Positions 26,930 to 33,760 of a stretch of DNA of 33,760 bases are shown here, in pieces. Made by a program: the position numbers and the translations under genes. A model generated the notes under the pieces. The model had not been told where the DNA came from. It was given only the letters and a program-made list of their open reading frames with translations, and ran no database searches. The number at the start of each line of letters is the position of its first letter. Positions within the stretch are counted from its first letter, which is position 1. Origin of the DNA: a virus (taxonomy: Duplodnaviria > Caudoviricetes); the IMG/VR virus record IMGVR_UViG_3300049740_000090, positions 1 to 33,760 of that record. One strand, given 5' to 3'.

Positions 26930-27357
26930 TAAGCTATTCTAATAATTGCGTTTGAAGCGTCAGGTGTAGGAAATTGTATTGTGAAGTCACCATTGGTAGA
27001 ACTTTTATCCCCGCCAAAAGCTAATACACATACAGCTTTATTACTATTAGTGCTGTTATAAATTAAAGCACCATTAGCAGTTATTGTAGAACTACTAAAA
27101 GTTAAATCAGCAAAATCAGTAAATGCAGTTGTTCCACTTGAGGTTGGTGTTACATTTGTTAATGCTCCTCCACCAGAAGAATAACCTGTACCAGAAACTT
27201 CATTAGTTGCTGAGAAAGCAGTTGTAGCTGCACCTAGTGTAGCCGAGCTTGTGTACAAAGCTAACTTAAAAGCATTACCACTACTGTTTGTAAAATTGTG
27301 CGTACCTGTCATAAGTTCAACTTTAAACGAAGTACACATTGCTTGAGAAATTGCCAT
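26929..27357 (-). CDS. Virion structural protein (tail-associated)
   Basis: 142 aa, MAISQAMCTSFK.EL..G.H.F, FKLALY, EVSGTGY..GG, A.GALIYN pattern typical of phage tail regions. Confidence 0.7.
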   Translation of the reverse strand: MAISQAMCTSFKVELMTGTHNFTNSSGNAFKLALYTSSATLGAATTAFSATNEVSGTGYSSGGGALTNVTPTSSGTTAFTDFADLTFSSSTITANGALIYNSTNSNKAVCVLAFGGDKSSTNGDFTIQFPTPDASNAIIRIA

Positions 27358-27647
27358 TACAGCCTCCTTATAATTTCAGCCATATCTTTATGACCTTGTT
27401 TTTCTAATAAACCTGCGACTGTACTTCTATCACTAGCTACTGCTTGTTTTAGATAGTGCAGGATAAGTTGTTGTATAGAGTCTTTAAATGCTTCAGCTTG
27501 TGCCTTAACCATAGGGTCTGCTGTATCACTTATTGAAACTAACCTTTCAACAATTCTATCTGTCCAATATTCAGGACTTAAACCTTTATTTTCTGTTGTC
27601 TGTACTCCAACAGTACCTGTAGTTGTTTCTATATCAACTGTAAACAT
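27357..27647 (-). CDS. Hypothetical phage protein (96 aa)
   Basis: TAATG-coupled on both sides; helical. Confidence 0.7.
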   Translation of the reverse strand: MFTVDIETTTGTVGVQTTENKGLSPEYWTDRIVERLVSISDTADPMVKAQAEAFKDSIQQLILHYLKQAVASDRSTVAGLLEKQGHKDMAEIIRRL

Positions 27648-28288
27648 TATGTCCTCTTCTGTCTTAGCATACCTTCGGCATAGGTATCTATAGTATTATC
27701 TGCTTCCCCTAAATTCTTTAATCTAGATATAGCTTGAAAATATCTTTTTTCATACTCAGCTAACATATCTTGTGCTCCTTTCATATAAACATAGCCTTCT
27801 ATTAAACAACCATACAACAAAGCATTAGTTGCATTTTCTGATAGCCATGTTGTTCCACCTTCTGCTCCTGCTGTAATAGAAGCAGGTTTATAAAAATAAT
27901 GTAGCTCAACTGTTAAACTTAGATTAGGTGTTGGTGCAACTATAAAACTATCATTGTCATAAAGAGCATAATGTTGTGGTGCTCCTGCTACTGTTCTATC
28001 CGGATATGCTTCTCTTATATAATTAACATCACGAAAATATAAAAAGTTTTGAGATTGCCCATCTAAAACAGCTAAAGAAAAATTATCTAAAAAGTCTGAA
28101 GGTGTTGATAAATATTCATTACCTGCACTTAATTGACCTGTAACATTTTTTCTAAAGTTTGGAAGTTTTACAGATTTAACAATTCTTTCTTCAGCTTGTT
28201 TAATAATATCAGGAAGATTAGAAACAAACGAAGTTTCGTTATTTTCTAAATAATTTTGTATTAAAGATTTTAATTCACTATATGTCAT
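27647..28288 (-). CDS. Head-tail adaptor / tail tubular-like protein
   Basis: 213 aa, MTY.EL...I..Y.E, I.QAEERI, G.P..YA, APTP, TTWLS.N...ALLYG.L.E. Confidence 0.7.
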   Translation of the reverse strand: MTYSELKSLIQNYLENNETSFVSNLPDIIKQAEERIVKSVKLPNFRKNVTGQLSAGNEYLSTPSDFLDNFSLAVLDGQSQNFLYFRDVNYIREAYPDRTVAGAPQHYALYDNDSFIVAPTPNLSLTVELHYFYKPASITAGAEGGTTWLSENATNALLYGCLIEGYVYMKGAQDMLAEYEKRYFQAISRLKNLGEADNTIDTYAEGMLRQKRT

Positions 28289-29061
28289 GGTGTGTTTGCT
28301 TGTCCTCCCATACCACTATGATTGGTACAGTAATAATAAAGAGTAGGTGCTCCAACAGCTACAGTTATTTGAGTATATGCTCCTGCATTACCCGGTGTTC
28401 CATTTGTTGTCACACCTGTTGTATATTCACTTCCTCCTCCATGATTTCCATCGGAAGTTGTAGAAAATCTTAATGGGTGAGTTCCATTACTAGCATTACC
28501 TTGGTCAAATCTATAAGTCTTACCTTCTTCTAAAGTTAATGTAGGCTGTCTTACAGAGTCAATATAATAACGATTACCTCCACCATAAGCTTGTACTGTA
28601 ACTACATAGTTTGTTACAGCTAAAGTACTAACAGCATTTAAGCTTGTTGTTAATAAATTTTGTGTTAATTGAACTGCTACATTAGCCGGACTTGGTGAAG
28701 GACTAGGACTAGGACTAGGACTAGGACTAGGAGAAGGACTAGGTGCATTAGTTGTTGTAATTCTACTAAAGCCTATACCTCCTCTTATTACCATACCCGT
28801 GCTATTTAATGGATTAAATCCAAAATAAGTTGTTGAAGTCTTTTCGCCTGAGTCAGGTCTAGGATTAAACAAACCTATATTATCTGAAGTATCAACCTCT
28901 CCTACTCTATACTGAGGTTGGTCTGGGTCTATACAAGACGGGCATATTCTACTACCTGTTTTTTTTTGGTCTTGTACTTCGTATTTTAAATCTCTTAATT
29001 TATAAGTGAAACCACATCTGTCACAGATACCAATTGCTTTTTTACCTGCTGCATATGCCAT
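28285..29061 (-). CDS. Zn-finger (CxxC..CxxC) protein fused via (Pro-Ser)9 linker to a cupredoxin-like domain
   Basis: CDRCG and CPSC, NPRPD, PS repeat, YRFDQ...THPLRFS...LYYYCTNHSGMG. Confidence 0.7.
   Translation of the reverse strand: MAYAAGKKAIGICDRCGFTYKLRDLKYEVQDQKKTGSRICPSCIDPDQPQYRVGEVDTSDNIGLFNPRPDSGEKTSTTYFGFNPLNSTGMVIRGGIGFSRITTTNAPSPSPSPSPSPSPSPSPSPANVAVQLTQNLLTTSLNAVSTLAVTNYVVTVQAYGGGNRYYIDSVRQPTLTLEEGKTYRFDQGNASNGTHPLRFSTTSDGNHGGGSEYTTGVTTNGTPGNAGAYTQITVAVGAPTLYYYCTNHSGMGGQANTP
28687..28743 (-). repeat. Hexamer tandem repeat encoding (Pro-Ser)9-Pro
   Basis: Five perfect GGACTA copies at 28700-28729 on the plus strand, flanked by synonymous variants. Confidence 0.95.
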
Positions 29062-29063
29062 AT

Positions 29064-29753
29064 TTAATAACTATTAGTATTAGGTACAAATCTTATAGCA
29101 GCTCTTTCTCTATCTGCTTCTGATACTTCTTTCCATAATTCATCATACCTTTGCTTTATCATAGGTATGCGACTTTGTGATTGGTCATTCTTACAAGCTA
29201 TGTTGTATGCCAAAGCATAAGTTAAACATGGTAAGTATCTAGCAGGAACATCTGGATTTATACTTGCATTAACTCCTGCATCTTCAATTCTTTTTATGTA
29301 ATCATATATTAAAGTATAAGTTTGTTGTGAGTCAGGTGTTGCCCAAATCCCTATCTTTAATGTTAATCCTTTATCAACATAGTATTGTGTTGGCTTAGAT
29401 TGTAAAAGTTTTTTAGCTTGATGATTGTATTCAGTTCTACTTATTCTTGTAAGTCGTTGGTCAAATTGTTCTGATACATCTCCTGCATCAGTCCTTACTA
29501 CAGCATCAACTATTTCTAATGCTGTACTATCTGCATCATATATATTAGTACCTGCAGTCAAAGTTATACTGCCTTGTTCTACTTTCCAAAGATTAAGTCC
29601 TTTGTTTTGCCATTCCAAAAAAATTAAATCCAATGCACGTTTTGCTGTGTTGTAGTCTCCACCTGACATTATAGATAAACCACAGAGGTCAAATGCCTCT
29701 TCCATAAGTTCTGTAATGTCTAAATTAAATCCGTAAGTTCCACTAGTCGCCAT
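29064..29753 (-). CDS. Head-tail adaptor (P22 gp4-like)
   Basis: 229 aa, MATSGT..F.LD..E..EEAF..CG, EW.NKGLNLW, RISR.EY, PTQYY, P.RYLPCL...LAY. Confidence 0.7.
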   Translation of the reverse strand: MATSGTYGFNLDITELMEEAFDLCGLSIMSGGDYNTAKRALDLIFLEWQNKGLNLWKVEQGSITLTAGTNIYDADSTALEIVDAVVRTDAGDVSEQFDQRLTRISRTEYNHQAKKLLQSKPTQYYVDKGLTLKIGIWATPDSQQTYTLIYDYIKRIEDAGVNASINPDVPARYLPCLTYALAYNIACKNDQSQSRIPMIKQRYDELWKEVSEADRERAAIRFVPNTNSY

Positions 29754-29865
29754 ATCTAACTCTTATAACTGTTATGTCTCCTCGTTTTTCTTGGGTTACT
29801 ATTTTTTGTTTTTTTTTACCAGACTTGTCAATCTGTTCACGCATATTAGTTCTAGCTATTGTCAT
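29743..29865 (-). CDS. Small basic protein (40 aa), not in ORF track
   Basis: MTIARTNMREQIDKSGKKKQKIVTQEKRGDITVIRVRYGD; ATGA overlap upstream, GAGGT SD, overlaps the adaptor start. Confidence 0.6.
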   Translation of the reverse strand: MTIARTNMREQIDKSGKKKQKIVTQEKRGDITVIRVRYGD

Positions 29866-30101
29866 CTGTACCTCGCTGTTTTTTTTGCAATGTTCTTTGG
29901 TTGTTTAACAAACTGTTTGCCTTTTTTAGTTCCTTTTCTTTTAGCTTTAGTTGTAGCTGCATACTCTGAAGAAGATAAAGCTTTGATTGCTTTTTCTGGA
30001 AGATATCGCTCTCCGGTTTTACCTGAAGGCTTCCCAGACTTTGTTCTCCATTTTTGTTTAGTCCAATTTTTTAAAGACCTTTGTGATTTTTTTAAAGGCA
30101 T
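29862..30101 (-). CDS. Small basic protein (resembles C-terminal half of DUF5872-like proteins)
   Basis: SQ.SLK.WTKQKW.T, GERYLP.KA, GKQFV.QP. Confidence 0.75.
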   Translation of the reverse strand: MPLKKSQRSLKNWTKQKWRTKSGKPSGKTGERYLPEKAIKALSSSEYAATTKAKRKGTKKGKQFVKQPKNIAKKTARYR

Positions 30102-30361
30102 TAAGCTTTATGTTTTTCTTGAATATCAAACTTTGCTACTAATGTAGCTCCCTTATGAGATTTAAACTTTCCTTCATGTTTCATTAATTTATATCCACCA
30201 CCTTCTTGTTTCATAAAATGAAATCCTTCTGGAGCTTTAACTCCTTTTTGAGAAGGTGTCTTACCACCTGCTTTCATAAATCCCATTTTATTTCTTACAT
30301 CAGAAGGAAGTTTTTTTAATCCTGAATTGCTATCAGGTACTTCTCTAAGTTTTTTATTCAT
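30101..30361 (-). CDS. Small basic protein (86 aa)
   Basis: GL.KLP..VRNKMGFMK.GG and VKAP.GFH.MK; coupled on both sides. Confidence 0.7.
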   Translation of the reverse strand: MNKKLREVPDSNSGLKKLPSDVRNKMGFMKAGGKTPSQKGVKAPEGFHFMKQEGGGYKLMKHEGKFKSHKGATLVAKFDIQEKHKA

Positions 30362-30549
30362 TTATATCCACCACCTTTTGCTTTATATTGTTTAGCTAAC
30401 ATCTGAGCTTTACGTGCAGACCATTGACCCGGCTTACCACCTTTACCACCTGCTTTAATTCTGTTGAATAAATTTTTACGCATAGTAGGTTTAGTATAGT
30501 TTCCTGCCTCATTGACTTTTGATTTTGATTTTTTTGCTCTACTCACCAC
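30358..30549 (-). CDS. Small basic protein (resembles N-terminal half of DUF5872-like proteins)
   Basis: NYTKP.MR, GGKGGKPGQWSARKAQML...YK.KGGGY. Confidence 0.75.
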   Translation of the reverse strand: MVSRAKKSKSKVNEAGNYTKPTMRKNLFNRIKAGGKGGKPGQWSARKAQMLAKQYKAKGGGYK

Positions 30550-30836
30550 TTCACCTTATCTGCCCAATAAGCTGCTGACATCTTACCTTTTTTAATATTC
30601 TTTGCATGACGAGCTTTGAAGGATTTTCGTTTTGCTTTCATTCTTGCAGACTCTCCTGCTTTAGGTTTACCTGCAGTCTTAGCACCTTTCTGTCCAAACC
30701 TAATGGTTTTTACTTTGCTACCTTCTTTGGCAACAACAATATGAGACTTCTTAGGGTGGCTAGGAGTACGCTTTGGTTTGTTATAACCTGATACTCCTGC
30801 TCTTTTTAAACGAGAGTCCTTCTTAGCTCCTGACAT
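30543..30836 (-). CDS. Small basic protein (97 aa)
   Basis: KKSH.V.AK.G..VK.IRFGQ.G, RKSFKARH, SAAYWA.K.KW. Confidence 0.75.
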   Translation of the reverse strand: MSGAKKDSRLKRAGVSGYNKPKRTPSHPKKSHIVVAKEGSKVKTIRFGQKGAKTAGKPKAGESARMKAKRKSFKARHAKNIKKGKMSAAYWADKVKW

Positions 30837-30991
30837 TATTTGCCTGTTTTACCACCACGGAACATTGCAGACATAGGTGCTTTCTTTTTCATAACACCAC
30901 CACCCATATAGGTTTGATGTTTATTTTTTTTAAGACCACCACCATGACCATAAGCCATGCCTTTTTTATCTTTTTTCATTGTACCCGGCAT
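30836..30991 (-). CDS. Small Lys/Gly/Met-rich protein (51 aa), not in ORF track
   Basis: MPGTMKKDKKGMAYGHGGGLKKNKHQTYMGGGVMKKKAPMSAMFRGGKTGK; GAGGT SD, TAATG coupling downstream. Confidence 0.7.
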   Translation of the reverse strand: MPGTMKKDKKGMAYGHGGGLKKNKHQTYMGGGVMKKKAPMSAMFRGGKTGK

Positions 30992-30998
30992 TATTACC

Positions 30999-31298
30999 TC
31001 ACTTTTTTGTAGTAGCTTTTTTCTTAGCTACGGGTTTTTTCTTAGTTGTTTTTTTCTTTGGTGTTTTTCCACCTACATATGCTTCATTTACATCAGGTGT
31101 TGAAGGGTCATCAGCCACATAGTGACCTTTTGTTGTTCTAGCTCTGACACCATTTAGTTCATCTGCTTTTCTTTGAGCATCAACTAAATCAGGGTCAGGT
31201 CCAAATACAACTTCAAAAATACCTTCATCATTTGCTTGTAAAACAAAATACTGTGGGGGAAAACCACTTGTAGAAATTATTGCTTTCTTACTTGCCAT
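30999..31298 (-). CDS. Hypothetical protein with Lys-rich tail
   Basis: RAR..KG.YVADDPSTPDVNEAY motif then KKKTTKKKPVAKKK; AGGAG SD. Confidence 0.75.
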   Translation of the reverse strand: MASKKAIISTSGFPPQYFVLQANDEGIFEVVFGPDPDLVDAQRKADELNGVRARTTKGHYVADDPSTPDVNEAYVGGKTPKKKTTKKKPVAKKKATTKK

Positions 31299-31307
31299 AT
31301 TAACTCC

Positions 31308-31709
31308 TTAATACGTTTTTATCATTTCAAGAGTAACAGAATAGGTATCCCCATTACTAGCACCCTTAGTTGTGAAAAGAACGTCACCATTCTTTCCTGT
31401 TCCTGCATTATTAGGAATACCACCAAAATCCGAAAAGTCCATATGTCCATTACTACTTTCAGCTAACTCCATGATTAAAACATTAGCGTTAGCATTAAAA
31501 AATAATTGAACAGACATACCAACAATGGCATGGCTTACTCGTACTATTCTAACTCCGGAACAAGCTGTTCCTGCAGAGTTAGCAGATAAAGCAGAAACAT
31601 CTACTTTAGCTACAGCACTTTCGCCCGTACCATCACTTACATTGGTAAATTTCATAACACAGTTTCTGTCGCCATCTATAATAGTCTGGCTTGTGACTGC
31701 ATCTGCCAT
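31308..31709 (-). CDS. Probable virion structural protein (133 aa)
   Basis: MADAVTSQTI.DG, TNVSDGTGESAV.KVD.SAL, D...FGG..NNAG.GK.GD; AAGGT SD. Confidence 0.6.
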   Translation of the reverse strand: MADAVTSQTIIDGDRNCVMKFTNVSDGTGESAVAKVDVSALSANSAGTACSGVRIVRVSHAIVGMSVQLFFNANANVLIMELAESSNGHMDFSDFGGIPNNAGTGKNGDVLFTTKGASNGDTYSVTLEMIKTY

Positions 31710-31718
31710 AATTTACCT

Positions 31719-32174
31719 TTAACTTAAATTGTTGTTTTGGATATATAAGACTGTTGCCGTAGCAGCTCCGGTGGTTGCATCACCATTTGCTCCGGTAAAG
31801 TCGGCTAGAACTTGAATGTCAGATGTTCCAACATCAGTAGCTTCAGTATCTAAAGTACCTCTTGTTGTTGCAAGTGCTTTTACATTTTGTGCATTAATAA
31901 AAGCATTTCCGTCTGCTGCTGTACCAACTGATACAGTAGCTGCACCACCATCGTTATTAACGACAGTAACGTTTAATACGACATCAATAATTTGTGAATT
32001 AGCCGGTACAGTAGCTATTACTTGGTTTAAGTGACTTGCACCAATAATATCTACAACTGCAGATTGTGCCATAACAACTGAGCCGGTATTAGCGACATCA
32101 GTACCTACAGTAGTTCCGGTTGTGTCTTTGATAGTCCCTGCTTTAACAGGTCCTGAGAATGTTGTAGTTCCCAT
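31719..32174 (-). CDS. Probable capsid decoration / minor head protein (151 aa)
   Basis: TTFSGPV start, T/A/V/G-rich beta protein right after the major capsid gene; strong SD AAGGAGG. Confidence 0.6.
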   Translation of the reverse strand: MGTTTFSGPVKAGTIKDTTGTTVGTDVANTGSVVMAQSAVVDIIGASHLNQVIATVPANSQIIDVVLNVTVVNNDGGAATVSVGTAADGNAFINAQNVKALATTRGTLDTEATDVGTSDIQVLADFTGANGDATTGAATATVLYIQNNNLS

Positions 32175-32196
32175 TATTCCCTCCTTAAAGGAAAAA

Positions 32197-32254
32197 CTCT
32201 ATCATCTTGGGTTGTCTGCTAGGTCAGTTGATAGAGAAGTTAATTAATCCTAGA
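32197..32254 (-). ncRNA. Candidate structured cis-regulatory RNA (stem, inner hairpin, possible pseudoknot)
   Basis: 8-bp stem CUCUAUCA/UGAUAGAG enclosing CUG-ACCUAG-CAG; loop CCUAG is complementary to upstream CUAGG (32253-32249). Confidence 0.45.
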
Positions 32255-32258
32255 TGTA

Positions 32259-32286
32259 GAAAAAGGGAGGACCGAAGTCCTCCCTT
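32259..32286 (-). terminator. Intrinsic terminator after the major capsid gene
   Basis: AAGGGAGGAC-UUCG-GUCCUCCCUU with C(UUCG)G tetraloop and a 5-U tract (32264-32260); starts 5 nt after the capsid stop codon. Confidence 0.85.
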
Positions 32287-32291
32287 AATTC

Positions 32292-33203
32292 TTAGCTTGA
32301 CCCCGGAGAGCCGAAGATACCTAGAGGGTCTGATACTCCAAAGGAATATCTTTCTCTAGCCTTGTATCTAACGTTTCCTGTGTCAAAATCCCCGTCCATG
32401 CTTGTAGTCATTGGACTTCTTACAAAGTGCTTCATTCCGTCAGGAATGTCAGTAGTAATGAAGAAGGCATTAGGGTCAGTTAAATAATGATTAACTGAAA
32501 AACCTTCTGGAATAACGCCATTAGTTTTAATAGCGTTAATGTCATTATCTGCTGTTCCTACTCGGTAGTCACTTTGTAGCAGTCTAGTTGCTACAAACTG
32601 AAGAGCAGAAGGTATGATTAACTTTCTTGCTCTGGCAGCGATTTTCAGACCTCTTTCGTCTGTGTATCCACCGATTTGAATAATTGCATCTTCTAAAGAT
32701 ACTTCGTTCAAATCAGCACCTGTGGCAGGTCTATTACTATTTGTACCACCATTAACTAATGGGTGTGCTGTACTAAATAAAGTTACACCATCACCACCAT
32801 TAAACGAAGTAAAACCATTGTTCAAAGGAACAACACTTTTTACTTGTTTGGTGTAAGCCATAGCTCTAGCTAAGGCTTTAGTGTATCTAGCTGAAAGCGA
32901 AACATAGAGGTTATCCTCCATTGCTTCTTCAGTGATAGCATATCCCATTGCAATAGTTTCGTGAGTGTAACGAGCTACGAAAGATTCTTGAGCTGTGTCA
33001 TAACTGATAGCAGCACCCTCATCTTTTACAGGAGCAGCTCCGAAACCTGATAACTTTAACTCTTCCTCGAAACTTCTTTCAGAGTTTTCAGTCACGTAGA
33101 TATCTTCGTGCTCATTTTCGTAGTTGTTGTACTCTTCGCCAAATAATGCGTTAAGACCCGGTAGGAGCTGTTTAAGCTCATTTGCTCTTGATATAGCAGC
33201 CAT
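32292..33203 (-). CDS. Major capsid protein (HK97 fold, Mu gpT-like family)
   Basis: 303 aa, AISRA..LK.L.PGLNALFG.EY, SERSFEEE..LSGFG.APVK.EG, GGDGV.LFS.AHP, DFDTGNVRYKARERYSFG.SDP; AGGAG SD. Confidence 0.92.
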   Translation of the reverse strand: MAAISRANELKQLLPGLNALFGEEYNNYENEHEDIYVTENSERSFEEELKLSGFGAAPVKDEGAAISYDTAQESFVARYTHETIAMGYAITEEAMEDNLYVSLSARYTKALARAMAYTKQVKSVVPLNNGFTSFNGGDGVTLFSTAHPLVNGGTNSNRPATGADLNEVSLEDAIIQIGGYTDERGLKIAARARKLIIPSALQFVATRLLQSDYRVGTADNDINAIKTNGVIPEGFSVNHYLTDPNAFFITTDIPDGMKHFVRSPMTTSMDGDFDTGNVRYKARERYSFGVSDPLGIFGSPGSS

Positions 33204-33215
33204 AATTTATTCTCC

Positions 33216-33758
33216 TTATCCGATACCCGTTGCATTAAGCAACTGATGTCCTACGTTAAACATTACAAGTACATCTGTTTTTGCATCACCAATTGTACTA
33301 TCAGGACCATCGACAAAGTCGATAATCTTTAAAGGTAGTGTATTGGTAGTGTTAGCTGTACTCCCGTCTACTGCATTTTTGCTTGTGCCAATAGAAGTAG
33401 ACCCTGCAGTTTGTATAACTGCTACGTTCTTGCCTAAGTCATCTTGGTCTAAAGCCTCGTCTGATTGCATTTGCATAATCAGAAAAGGGTCAGAAGCAAC
33501 ATATGCCATAATATCATCGGCTGCTGTATTAGCAGGATAATATTGATTAAAAGTAGTTTGACCGGTTGAGGGGTCAGTATATGAACAACCTAAGAATACA
33601 CCAATAGGAGTCAAGGAAGTAGTTCCTGTATCCTTTTGGATTGTAGTGTTTGGGTTGTTGTCTGCCCACTTAACAAAGTCACCATAAAAAATATCAGTAG
33701 CAAAGCCATTGTTAATTTTATAGTGAGTAATCTTCGCATTGTAAGCACACGATACTAA
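33216..33758 (-). CDS. Capsid cement/minor capsid protein (5' end beyond window)
   Basis: Frame is open to the right edge (LVSCAYNAKITHYKINNGFATDIFYGDFVK...), GVF.GC.YTDP motif, directly upstream of the major capsid gene. Confidence 0.7.
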   Translation of the reverse strand, partial: LVSCAYNAKITHYKINNGFATDIFYGDFVKWADNNPNTTIQKDTGTTSLTPIGVFLGCSYTDPSTGQTTFNQYYPANTAADDIMAYVASDPFLIMQMQSDEALDQDDLGKNVAVIQTAGSTSIGTSKNAVDGSTANTTNTLPLKIIDFVDGPDSTIGDAKTDVLVMFNVGHQLLNATGIG

Positions 33759-33760
33759 CG

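Noticed and set aside
28700-28729. Hexamer repeat as a CRISPR array or origin iterons
   Set aside because: No spacers; in-frame coding repeat with synonymous variation.
651-33540. All plus-strand ORFs in the track
   Set aside because: They are antisense shadows of well-supported minus-strand genes, with no recognisable motifs.
1-33760. tRNA, rRNA, integrase, IS elements or stop-codon reassignment
   Set aside because: None seen; intergenic space is minimal and genes read intact in the standard code.

Overview
AT-rich (about one-third GC, judged by eye) segment of a tailed dsDNA phage. It is most likely a marine podovirus of a Gram-negative, low-GC host; the capsid protein recalls the HTVC010P/uvMED-like group, but I could not verify this. 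All credible genes lie on the minus strand and are tightly coupled by TAATG/ATGA overlaps, forming one late region. In transcription order (right to left): capsid cement protein, major capsid protein, terminator plus a structured intergenic element, small virion proteins, a cluster of small Lys/Arg-rich proteins, two head-tail adaptor-like proteins flanking a Zn-finger/(Pro-Ser)9/cupredoxin-like fusion, and two chaperone-processed tail fibres each followed by an adhesin-like gene. An orphan gene and two 2OG-Fe(II) oxygenases lie between the two fibre modules. Next come small membrane proteins, an SNase-like nuclease, a reduced curli/type VIII secretion cassette (membrane protein, csgF, csgG, curlin-repeat protein, FecR-domain protein) joined directly to spanin and endolysin genes, a tail hub protein, ejection proteins, and a >2500-codon polyvalent protein that runs off the left edge and is missing from the ORF track. 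The most notable items are the curli cassette inside the lysis module, the multi-domain giant protein with a nested out-of-frame ORF, and the putative pseudoknotted RNA after the capsid terminator. Family assignments come from motif recognition only; no searches were run.
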